A DNA stretch of 45,087 nt. Origin: Oscillospiraceae bacterium (GTDB lineage Bacteria > Bacillota > Clostridia > Oscillospirales > CAG-272). Position numbers and translations under genes: made by a program. A model generated the notes under the pieces. It was given only the letters and a program-made list of their open reading frames with translations, had not been told where the DNA came from and ran no database searches. The DNA lies in NCBI GenBank assembly GCA_015064125.1, contig SVSV01000003.1:1-45087 (forward strand). Reading direction: 5' to 3'. Positions 37,114 through 45,087 of this stretch are shown here, in pieces. The first letter of the stretch is position 1. Each line of letters opens with the position of its first letter.

Positions 37114-39237
37114 TCAGTCAAGAGCGTCCTTGATCGAGAACTCCATGCGGTTCTTCTTCTGATCAAAGCCCATATATTTTACCTTTACGGTATCGCCCAT
37201 CTTCAAAACGTCCTCAACCTTGTCGATGCGGGTCTTGGCGATCTTGGAGATGTGTACCATGCACTCCTTGCCGGGCAGATATTCCACAAAGCAGCCGAAC
37301 TCCTTGATGCCCGTAACCTTACCGGTGAATACGGTGCCGACCTCGGGGTCGTAAGCGATGGCGGCAATGGCAGCACGTGCCTTGTCAGCGCTTTCGCCGT
37401 TGATGGCGGCAATGCGAATGGTGCCGTCGTCCTCAATGTCGATCTTGGCGCCCGACTCAGCGGTGATCTTCTGAATGACAGCGCCACCCTTGCCGATGAC
37501 CTCGCGGATCTTGTCGGGGTCGATCTTCATGGTGGTCATCTTGGGTGCGTACTTGGAAACCTCGGTGCGCGGACCGGGAATTGCCTTAAGAAGGACCTCG
37601 TCAATGATATAGTCACGGCCCTTGTGGGTCATAGCAAGTGCAGCCTTGATGATCTCGGGCGTCAGACCGTCGACCTTCAGGTCCATCTGGATAGAGGTGA
37701 TACCCTTGTGGGTGCCTGCTACCTTGAAGTCCATATCGCCGTAAAAGTCTTCAAGACCCTGAATGTCCATCATAACGTCCCAAGAGCCGTCCTCAGCGGT
37801 GATCAGGCCGCAGGAAATACCGGCAACGGGAGCCTTGATCGGCACGCCTGCGTCCATGAGTGCGAGCGTAGAGCCGCAAACAGAGCCCTGCGAGGTAGAG
37901 CCGTTGGAGGATACCACGTCGGATACAAGGCGAATGGCGTAGGGGAATTCCTCCTCGGAGGGAAGAACGGGCACCAAGGAGCGCTCAGCCAGTGCACCGT
38001 GACCGATCTCACGACGGCCGGGGCTACGGGTGGACTTTGCCTCACCGGTAGAGAAGCCGGGCATGTTATAGTGGTGCATATAGCGCTTGCTGGTCTCGCT
38101 GTCGATGCCGTCAAGCATCTGTGCCTCACCCAGGGTGCCGAGGGTAGCGGCGGTCATGACCTGCGTTTGGCCACGGGTGAAAAGGCCCGAGCCGTGTACG
38201 CGGGGCAGAAGCGAAACCTCAGCGGCAAGGGGACGGATCTCGTCCATACGGCGACCGTCAACACGCTTCTTGTCAACGAGGAGCCAACGGCGAACGATCT
38301 TCTTTTGCATCTTGTAAAGAAGCTCCTCCATCATGCCGGAAAGGCCCTCGTACTTCTCGGAGAACTTCTCGACGATGGCGTCGTAGATGGGGGCGATGCG
38401 CGCATCACGCACGGTCTTGTCGTCGGTGTCAAGAGCGACCATAAGGTCCTTCTCGCAGAAGGCAAAGATCTCATCGAACATGTCGTGATCAAGCTCGCAG
38501 GAGGGATATTCAAACTTAGGCTTGCCGATCTCGTCAACGATGGCGTTGATGAATACCAGCAGGTCCTTGATCTCACGGTGTGCCAGCATAATAGCATCGT
38601 ACATCGTGTCGTCGTCAACCTGATTGGCGCCTGCCTCGATCATAACCACCTTCTTCATAGAAGCGGCAACGGTCAGCTGCATATCGCTTACCTTCTGCTG
38701 CTCCTCGGTGGGGTTGATGATCAGCTTGCCGTCAAGGAGACCTACGTGCACGCCGCCGATCGGGCCGTTCCACGGAATATCCGAGATCGAAAGGGCGATG
38801 GAAGCGCCGATCATAGCGGTTACCTCGGGTGCGCACTCGGGGTCAACCGACATCACGGTGAGGGTCAGAGCTACGTCGTTGCGCAGATCCTTGGGGAACA
38901 GGGGGCGAATGGGGCGGTCGATCACACGGGAGGTGAGAACGGCCTTTTCAGAGGGCTTACCCTCGCGCTTGAGGTAGCCACCGGGGATCTTGCCTGCGGC
39001 GTACATTCTCTCGTCATAGTCAACCGAGAGGGGCAGGAAATCGATGCCGTCACGAGGACGAACCGATGCGGTAGCACAGCAAAGGATAGCGGTTTCGCCG
39101 TAGCGAATAAGGCAAGAGCCGTTAGCGAGCCCTGCCATTTTGCCGGTCTCAACAACCAGCGGACGACCTGCCAGCGTGTAGCGGAAGGTTTTGTAGTTTT
39201 TGAACACCATAGGGGTGCTCACTGCATTTTCGGACAT
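37114..39237 (-). CDS. pnp: Polyribonucleotide nucleotidyltransferase (PNPase)
   Basis: DFLPLSVDY, SRVIDRPIRP, HGSGLFTRGQTQ, RREIGHG, SNGSTSQ and GDMDFKVAG; KH and S1 domains. Confidence 0.98.
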   Translation of the reverse strand: MSENAVSTPMVFKNYKTFRYTLAGRPLVVETGKMAGLANGSCLIRYGETAILCCATASVRPRDGIDFLPLSVDYDERMYAAGKIPGGYLKREGKPSEKAVLTSRVIDRPIRPLFPKDLRNDVALTLTVMSVDPECAPEVTAMIGASIALSISDIPWNGPIGGVHVGLLDGKLIINPTEEQQKVSDMQLTVAASMKKVVMIEAGANQVDDDTMYDAIMLAHREIKDLLVFINAIVDEIGKPKFEYPSCELDHDMFDEIFAFCEKDLMVALDTDDKTVRDARIAPIYDAIVEKFSEKYEGLSGMMEELLYKMQKKIVRRWLLVDKKRVDGRRMDEIRPLAAEVSLLPRVHGSGLFTRGQTQVMTAATLGTLGEAQMLDGIDSETSKRYMHHYNMPGFSTGEAKSTRSPGRREIGHGALAERSLVPVLPSEEEFPYAIRLVSDVVSSNGSTSQGSVCGSTLALMDAGVPIKAPVAGISCGLITAEDGSWDVMMDIQGLEDFYGDMDFKVAGTHKGITSIQMDLKVDGLTPEIIKAALAMTHKGRDYIIDEVLLKAIPGPRTEVSKYAPKMTTMKIDPDKIREVIGKGGAVIQKITAESGAKIDIEDDGTIRIAAINGESADKARAAIAAIAYDPEVGTVFTGKVTGIKEFGCFVEYLPGKECMVHISKIAKTRIDKVEDVLKMGDTVKVKYMGFDQKKNRMEFSIKDALD

Positions 39238-39259
39238 TTTGTTTTCCTCCGTTTTAATA

Positions 39260-39416
39260 TTTTCACCTGCGCAGGTTTAACAATTAGCTGCACGTCCGAG
39301 CGCCCCTCGGGCGCATAGCTAACTGTTAAAACGTAACGCAGGAGAATGTTTTTTGTGTGGTGAAAAGCGCAAACGGGAGCGTGGAGTGAGGCAAGGGCCC
39401 CACTCCGCACTCCCGT
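39260..39416 (-). promoter_or_regulatory. Structured rpsO-pnp intergenic leader
   Basis: Long stem 39276-39330 enclosed by TTTTCACC/GGTGAAAA, plus a second hairpin at 39373-39416. Confidence 0.55.
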
Positions 39417-39421
39417 AAAGA

Positions 39422-39688
39422 TTACTTGCGCAGGTTCAGCTTCTCGATGATCGCGCGGTAACGCTCGATATCGTTCTTCTGCAGGTAGCCGAGAAGATTA
39501 CGTCTGTGACCGATCATCTTCAGCATGCCGCGGCGGCTGTGGTGGTCTTTGTGGTTGGCCTTGAGGTGCTCGGTAAGAGCATTGATGCGATGGGTAAGGA
39601 TCGCGATCTGGACCTCGGGGGAACCGGTGTCACCCTCGTGGGTGGCGTACTGCGCAATAATAGCTTGCTTTTCGTCTTGCTTCAACAT
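39422..39688 (-). CDS. rpsO: 30S ribosomal protein S15
   Basis: [16 protein letters not shown]...HKDHHSRRG...[12 protein letters not shown]. Confidence 0.99.
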   Translation of the reverse strand: MLKQDEKQAIIAQYATHEGDTGSPEVQIAILTHRINALTEHLKANHKDHHSRRGMLKMIGHRRNLLGYLQKNDIERYRAIIEKLNLRK

Positions 39689-39694
39689 GGTATT

Positions 39695-39819
39695 TTCACC
39701 TTTCTTTTATTACAGCGCGATCCCAGCAACAGGCTGGTGAATGCCGATGACGGCGTTATCCTGTGACCGAGAAGGCGTCATGCGGAGGATATTATACCAC
39801 AATCCCTTCCATTTGTAAA
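39695..39819 (-). promoter_or_regulatory. rpsO promoter and probable S15 autoregulatory leader
   Basis: TTTACA-17-TATAAT at 39791-39819, then a leader of about 95 nt with short hairpins (GCCG-TCAT-CGGC; CCAGC-CTGTT-GCTGG). Confidence 0.6.
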
Positions 39820-39894
39820 GGCTTTTTGGAAATTTTTTTATTTTATTTATATATAAACGTGCTTTTCCCGCAGTCGGGGGAATCGGTGAGGGTG

Positions 39895-40242
39895 TTATTT
39901 ATGCCGCAAAAGCCCGGTGCTGCCTATTAAGATCAGCGCCCATCCAAACAGCCGTCGCAGCAGCTCCTCGGGTAACCGTAGGGCAAGCCGCGCCCCAAGC
40001 AAGCTGCCCAAAATGCCTGCTGGGAGTAGAAAAAGAAGGCATTTCCATAATAACGGGGTGCGAAAAACGTGCAAAACAAGTGCGGCACCTGCCGAAAAAA
40101 TGAAGTAGATCAGGTTGATCCCCTGTGCCATCAGCTGCGGCGCATCACAGGCAACGGTCAGCCACGTAACAAGCAGCCCTGCACTTCCCACGCCCATGCC
40201 CGACAGCACGGACAGAAAAAATATTACGATAGCGGTCAACAT
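39895..40242 (-). CDS. Half-size TauE/SafE (TSUP) family membrane protein
   Basis: LSGMGVGSAGLLV...AQGINLIYFI...GILGSLLGA...LLRRLFG. Confidence 0.8.
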   Translation of the reverse strand: MLTAIVIFFLSVLSGMGVGSAGLLVTWLTVACDAPQLMAQGINLIYFIFSAGAALVLHVFRTPLLWKCLLFLLPAGILGSLLGARLALRLPEELLRRLFGWALILIGSTGLLRHK

Positions 40243-40245
40243 CTC

Positions 40246-40620
40246 TTATACCGCCAGTAAAATGCCCGAAATCAGAATGAGCACCGCAAAAATACGGTGC
40301 AGCAGCACGGGCTTCAGATAGGGTAAAAGCCACGCACCGAGCGCGCCGCCCAGCACTGCGGGAAATACCACTACCTCAGGGGGGAGTGCTCCCAGGTGGC
40401 CTGCGCGAGCGTATTGCACGGCCGTGAGTATGGAGAGCGGCAGCATCACAGCCAGCGCCGTGGTGTAAAAACTGCGCCCGTTTGCCACTCTTTTTCCTAA
40501 AAACGCGCGTAGGCACATTACGATAACAATACCGCCCGCAGCCCCCAGCAAGCCGTTGGTGAGGCCTGCCAAAAACCCAATTAGCAGCAAAACGGGGTAG
40601 GTTTTTTTGCTGTTCTTCAT
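40246..40620 (-). CDS. Half-size TauE/SafE (TSUP) family membrane protein
   Basis: GFLAGLTNGLLGAAGG...TALAVMLPLS...GGALGAWLL...LHRIFA. Confidence 0.8.
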   Translation of the reverse strand: MKNSKKTYPVLLLIGFLAGLTNGLLGAAGGIVIVMCLRAFLGKRVANGRSFYTTALAVMLPLSILTAVQYARAGHLGALPPEVVVFPAVLGGALGAWLLPYLKPVLLHRIFAVLILISGILLAV

Positions 40621-40674
40621 ACAACACCTCATAAAATTCGCGTAATTATGTCTTAAAAATATTAAAATATGTTC

Positions 40675-40703
40675 TTGTATATAAGAATAAAAAGTGTTAT
40701 ACT
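40675..40703 (+). promoter_or_regulatory. sigmaA promoter of ftsK/spoIIIE
   Basis: TTGTAT-17 nt-TATACT with TG extension. Confidence 0.55.
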
Positions 40704-40806
40704 ATATTATGGAATTTTATCGGTGTCGCTTTCACTCAATAGTATGAATGAGAGGGCGCGACATCATGCAAGGCAGAAAATACGAGTTTTTGGAAAGGAT
40801 GCTACT

Positions 40807-43800
40807 ATGCGGGAGGATAAGCAAAAGCAAAGCACTGCGCGCGGTCGGGTCACGCGCCGCAGCGGCACGAAATTATTTGCTGCCGCGCCTCGGGAAAAGC
40901 GTGCCGAGCGTATTCGTGCTTTTGATGAAGATAATTTGCAAAACGAACGCGACGATCGCCGTGACTACCGCGACGATCGCCGTGACTACCGCGATGACCG
41001 CCGTGACTACCGCGATGACCGCCGTGACTACCGTGACGACCATCGCGACTACCGTGACGACCGTCGTGACTACCGCGATGATCGCCGTGACTACCGTGAC
41101 GACCGTCGTGACTACCGTGACGATCGCCGCGATTATCGCGACGATCGCCGCGACTACCGCGATGACCGTCGTGACTACCGTGACGATCGCCGCGATTACC
41201 GCGATGACCGTCGCGACTACCGTGACGATCGCCGCAACTACCGTGATGATCGCCGTGACTACCGTGATGAGCGAGAGGAGCGGGACGAGGAGCGTAATGG
41301 CCGCCGCAGCACTCGCGAAAACGTGAGCGCCAAAGCGCGTGCATCGCGCCGTGAGGGCAAGGCCTCCACGCGTGTGGCCGCACCTGCGAACGGGCAAACC
41401 GAGCTGTTTGCACATCAGGTGATCCCTTACGTGATGTTTTGGGTGGCTCTTTTTGCTGCGGTCAGCTTTATTTTGCGTGATCTCGCGGGCCTTTCTGCTT
41501 CAGCGGGTGCCTTCGGCAACTGGTTGGCGGATTTCCTTTGTCGCTTGCTTGGTATCGGCGCTTATGCGCTGCCGCTGTTCCTGTGTGTGCTGGCACTGCG
41601 CTGGAAGCGCTTTGTGCGTGAAGGGATCCTTGGCAAAAAGATCTTTTTGTCGACTGTGTTTTTGCTGTTGCTTTCGGGCATTATTCACGTCTTTCAGGAT
41701 CTTGACCGTGCGCGGTGTATCACCGAGCCCGCAGCACTGCTCTCATCGGGTCAGGAGCTGGTGGGCGGCGGTCTGTTCGGGGGCTTTGTCGGTGAATGGC
41801 TTGGCTTCTGCCTGCGTCTGCCGGGCACCTGCTTGCTGGCTATTCCGCTTTTGGTGATCGTTGGCATCTATCTTGTCGGTCTCACTCCCGGTGTTTTGTA
41901 TCAGCGTATCAATGCCAAAATGCAGATGAGCCGTGCGCGCCGCCGAGAGGAGCGCGGCGCAAGCGTTGCGGGTCTTGCCGGCGCGCCTGCAGGCGCTGCA
42001 CTCGGCAAGGGCAGGGAGGGCGCCGAGCCGGAATGGAAAAAGCCTCAGCCCCTTTCTCGCGGTGCCGTATATGATTTCGGCGAGGGCGAGGAGGGCGAGA
42101 TCATTGACGATGCCGACCCGTTGCCCGCACAAAAGGAGGTCGCCGCTGCCGAGGAGGATACGCTTGATATCCCCGAAAAGCCGCATAAGCGTCGCAATGC
42201 CGACGTGCTGGAAATATTGGATATTCCCGACGACGAGCCTGAGATCGTAGAAATGAGTGCGCCTGCGGCGCCCGTTGCTGCCAACCCTGCCACGCATGCT
42301 GCTGCCAATCGCGCAGTGGACGAGCTGCTGCAGGATATGGCGGCAGGGTCGTATGCTGCGGCACCTGATATGTCCGCCGCGCCCAAGCAGACCTCGCAGG
42401 GATCGGGCCCGTCGGCTACCGATCAGGCAAGCTATTACGCGCCCTTCGCCCTGCCTGTACGTCCCGAGCCGAAGCGCGAACGGGCCGATGCCTCCGACCG
42501 CAGTCGTATCGTGATCGCGCCCCACGCGCAAGGCGATGCACCTGCTGTCAGTGAGGTGCGTGACGCTGTGACCACAGCGGCAGCCTCTTTTGCAAGCACG
42601 GCAACACCAACGGCGCCCGTGACCGAGGAGGAAACACTTGGTAACGTTCGCCAAACGCCCTATGTGCCAACGCCTGCTGCACCCCCCTCATACCGCACTG
42701 CGGCCGCAACGGTGTCATCGGCGCAGGCTACCGCTTACGTGGCATCAGCGCCTGCGGCGTCCCCTGCTTCTCCTGTGGCGGAGCCCGTTGCTCCCGTGAC
42801 GCATGCAAGCGTCCGCGGCGAGATCGGCAGCCTTGCCGATCTGTTTGAGCAGGAGCCTGCAGCTCTTGAGACCGAAGACACACAAAGCATGCTGGATGAA
42901 CTGTTTGGTGCGCCCGATCTCGATTGTAATATAAGCGCTGACGAAGAAGACACCGTGGACGGTCACCATGATATGATAACGCCCGTGAGTGCTGCAAGTG
43001 CGCCGCTGCAAGCGGCCACCGGCTCTGCCGCTTTATCCGTTGCCGATGTTTTTGCGGATGCTGATATGCTGCGATCCGCGTCGGATGCGTCTGAGGATGA
43101 TCCTGCTGATCTCGAGCCCTTGCGTGTGGCACCCGTGTCACCTGCTACGGCACCTGCCGTGACGGTAACGCGTGAGCCCGTAGCACAGCAGGCCATACCC
43201 GCGGCACCGGTCCCCGCACAGTCCGCACCGCACGTTGAGGTGCCGCGTGCGGCACGTCCTGTTGTACAGCAGGCCCCCGTGCAGGATGCACCGCCCCCCG
43301 CGCCCGTGGCGCCGCCGCGTGAGTATATGCGCCCGCCGATCTCCCTGCTCAACGAGGATAAAAACCTTCGCAACGACGATTTCTATGAGGAGATCGAGGA
43401 AACCAAGGATATCCTGCGCAATACCCTGGAAAGCTTCAATATCCATATTCAGGATGAGATCGCCTATTCACACGGGCCCTCGATCACACGCTACGAGCTG
43501 CGCCCTGTGGCCGGCACCAGCGTGCGGTCGGTGACGAACCGTCAGGATGATATTTCACTGAATCTGGCCTCGTCTGTGCGTATTGAGGCACCGATCCCCG
43601 GCAAGCCCGCCATTGGTGTGGAGGTGCCCAACAAGGTGCGAGAGACCGTGTATATGCGCACGATGCTGGAATCGGCAGAATATAAAAGCTCTACCGATCC
43701 GCTGGAGGTGCCGCTTGGCCTTGATGTCGGCGGTGCTGTGCGGATGTGCAATCTTGTTAAAATGCCGCACCTTTTGGTGGCAGGCACGACGGGCTCGGGC

Positions 43801-44841
43801 AAATCGGTATGCATCAACTCGATTCTGGTGAGCCTGATCTATAAGACGTCCCCAAGGGATCTGCGATTGATCCTGATAGATCCCAAGCAGATCGAATTTG
43901 CGCCCTACGAGCACGTGCCGCATCTGTATATGCCGATCGTGACCGATATGCAGCGCGCGGCAGGTGCACTGGCCTGTGCCGTGCAGGAGATGGAGCGTCG
44001 CTTCCAGCTCATCAAGGACGTGGGTGTCCGTAATATCGAGTCTTATAATGAGGCAGTGGCAAACGACCCCGACCGTGAGCATCTGCCGTATATGATCATC
44101 GTGATCGACGAGTTTGCAGATCTTAAAATGAGCTGCTCCAACAACGACCCTGAAAACTTTACCTGTCGCTTAGCCCAAAAGGCGCGCGCCGCGGGCATCC
44201 ATCTGATCATCGGTACGCAGCGTCCCTCGGTCGACGTTATTACGGGTAAGCTGAAGACCAATATCCCCTCGCGTATTGCCTTTATGGTCAAGCAGCAGGT
44301 CGACTCGCGTACCATTCTTGACGTGAACGGTGCTGAGGCACTGACAGGACGTGGTGATATGCTGTATATGGCGACCAATTCGCAGGATAAGGCCCCCGTG
44401 CGCATCCAGGGTGCGTTCGTGTCGGACGGAGAGCTTGACCGTGTGATCTCCTTCGTGCGCAAAAACAATGACCCCGTGCAGTATAATCAGGCCTTTATGG
44501 ATCAGATCGAGGTCGAAATGGCCAAGGCACAAAGCAACGGCAAGAAGGCAGACTTTGATGACTTTGGTGACGATGACGACAGCGGCGAGGATCCTAAGTT
44601 CGTTGAGGCTGTCAAGCTCGCGATCGACACGCAGAAGGTGGCCACCTCTCTCCTGCAGCGCCGTCTTGGCATTGGCTATGGCCGTGCCGCTAAGATCATT
44701 GACCGCATGGAGGAATTGGGGCTTGTCAGTGCCTCTGAGGGCAATAAGCCGCGTCAGATCCTACCTGCGGCACAGGGGTATCTCAATCACCTCGCCGCTG
44801 AGGACGATGGCGGCACTGATGACTTTAACGATTACGGCTAA
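40807..44841 (+). CDS. ftsK: FtsK/SpoIIIE DNA translocase with N-terminal repeat, 4TM domain, long linker, motor and gamma domains
   Basis: GPSITRYE, RIEAPIPGK, PHLLVAGTTGSGKS, IDPK, IDEFADL, QKARAAGIH and SLLQRRLGIGYGRAAKIID; GGAAAGGA RBS before 40807. Confidence 0.96.
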   Translation: MREDKQKQSTARGRVTRRSGTKLFAAAPREKRAERIRAFDEDNLQNERDDRRDYRDDRRDYRDDRRDYRDDRRDYRDDHRDYRDDRRDYRDDRRDYRDDRRDYRDDRRDYRDDRRDYRDDRRDYRDDRRDYRDDRRDYRDDRRNYRDDRRDYRDEREERDEERNGRRSTRENVSAKARASRREGKASTRVAAPANGQTELFAHQVIPYVMFWVALFAAVSFILRDLAGLSASAGAFGNWLADFLCRLLGIGAYALPLFLCVLALRWKRFVREGILGKKIFLSTVFLLLLSGIIHVFQDLDRARCITEPAALLSSGQELVGGGLFGGFVGEWLGFCLRLPGTCLLAIPLLVIVGIYLVGLTPGVLYQRINAKMQMSRARRREERGASVAGLAGAPAGAALGKGREGAEPEWKKPQPLSRGAVYDFGEGEEGEIIDDADPLPAQKEVAAAEEDTLDIPEKPHKRRNADVLEILDIPDDEPEIVEMSAPAAPVAANPATHAAANRAVDELLQDMAAGSYAAAPDMSAAPKQTSQGSGPSATDQASYYAPFALPVRPEPKRERADASDRSRIVIAPHAQGDAPAVSEVRDAVTTAAASFASTATPTAPVTEEETLGNVRQTPYVPTPAAPPSYRTAAATVSSAQATAYVASAPAASPASPVAEPVAPVTHASVRGEIGSLADLFEQEPAALETEDTQSMLDELFGAPDLDCNISADEEDTVDGHHDMITPVSAASAPLQAATGSAALSVADVFADADMLRSASDASEDDPADLEPLRVAPVSPATAPAVTVTREPVAQQAIPAAPVPAQSAPHVEVPRAARPVVQQAPVQDAPPPAPVAPPREYMRPPISLLNEDKNLRNDDFYEEIEETKDILRNTLESFNIHIQDEIAYSHGPSITRYELRPVAGTSVRSVTNRQDDISLNLASSVRIEAPIPGKPAIGVEVPNKVRETVYMRTMLESAEYKSSTDPLEVPLGLDVGGAVRMCNLVKMPHLLVAGTTGSGKSVCINSILVSLIYKTSPRDLRLILIDPKQIEFAPYEHVPHLYMPIVTDMQRAAGALACAVQEMERRFQLIKDVGVRNIESYNEAVANDPDREHLPYMIIVIDEFADLKMSCSNNDPENFTCRLAQKARAAGIHLIIGTQRPSVDVITGKLKTNIPSRIAFMVKQQVDSRTILDVNGAEALTGRGDMLYMATNSQDKAPVRIQGAFVSDGELDRVISFVRKNNDPVQYNQAFMDQIEVEMAKAQSNGKKADFDDFGDDDDSGEDPKFVEAVKLAIDTQKVATSLLQRRLGIGYGRAAKIIDRMEELGLVSASEGNKPRQILPAAQGYLNHLAAEDDGGTDDFNDYG
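40948..41262 (+). repeat. 15 x 21-nt tandem repeat encoding RDDRRDY
   Basis: Units CGYGAYGAYCGYCGYGAYTAY counted directly; two non-synonymous variants (H in unit 5, N in unit 14). Confidence 0.97.
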
Positions 44842-44848
44842 AAACAAA

Positions 44849-44876
44849 CAACCGCAAGGCAAGCGCCTTGCGGTTG
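44849..44876. terminator. Terminator between ftsK and rnpB
   Basis: CAACCGCAAGGC-AAGC-GCCTTGCGGTTG. Confidence 0.8.
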
Positions 44877-44880
44877 TAAA

Positions 44881-45087
44881 GGGGACTCCACCGATAAGCC
44901 GGGTTCTGTCGTGAACGGCCATCTATCTGCGATTTGCGTCGCCGCAAACCTTCGGGATCTCTCCCGTGCCACCAAGGGGACAACGTCGGGCCAACGTCCC
45001 CGTGCGGTGTTGCTTCGGATAGGGTTTACAGCAAACCTATGTTACCATAGGAGTGGGTGAGCTCTTACCTCGCCTTTCCATCCTTAC
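44881..45087 (-). ncRNA. rnpB: RNase P RNA (type A-like), 3' portion; 5' part lies beyond the window
   Basis: Minus strand contains GGTAAGAGCTCACC, GGTAACA, TAAACCCT..CCGAAGCAA, AGATAGATGGCCG and the conserved 3' ACAGAACCCGGCTTAT. Confidence 0.93.

Noticed and set aside
35736-37166. 476-aa minus-strand ORF (and similarly 16275-17468 opposite kdgK)
   Set aside because: Antisense shadows of well-supported genes, expected from codon bias.
37105-39318. 737-aa plus-strand ORF
   Set aside because: Antisense shadow of pnp; no recognisable motifs.
40948-41262. Possible CRISPR array
   Set aside because: The 21-nt units are contiguous with no unique spacers, lie in frame within ftsK, vary at synonymous positions, and no cas genes are present.
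40748-41415. Thr/Ala/Val-rich and His/Gly-rich ORFs in other frames of the repeat
   Set aside because: Frame by-products of the 21-nt repeat; only the ftsK frame shows synonymous-type variation.

Overview
Chromosomal core-genome segment of a spore-forming Bacillota/Clostridia-type bacterium, inferred from spoVT, a T-box, NrdR boxes, sigmaA promoters with extended -10 elements and GGAGG ribosome-binding sites. Left to right: heterodimeric ABC exporter (5'-truncated); a self-contained two-gene operon of a TIR-V4R fusion and a divergent asparaginase-fold protein; azlCD; three orphan lipoproteins; Cys T-box-cysE-cysS; nagB; a BspA/LRR_5 lipoprotein; eda-kdgK; a 312-bp inverted-repeat-flanked MITE-like element; a ydjI-G-H-like SPFH/Zn-ribbon/TPM module without pspA; 6S RNA; DUF1292; a Zn-ribbon/WG-repeat protein; prfC; nrdD-nrdG; DUF1836; a capD/wzc/wzy-like trio; spoVT; serC-serA; pnp-rpsO; two half-size TauE genes; ftsK/spoIIIE carrying 15 copies of RDDRRDY; and the 3' part of RNase P RNA. 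The best candidate for an undescribed system is the TIR-V4R plus asparaginase-like operon (3514-5677). The FtsK mixed-charge repeat is the next most striking oddity. All family calls come from motif recognition by eye; no searches were run.
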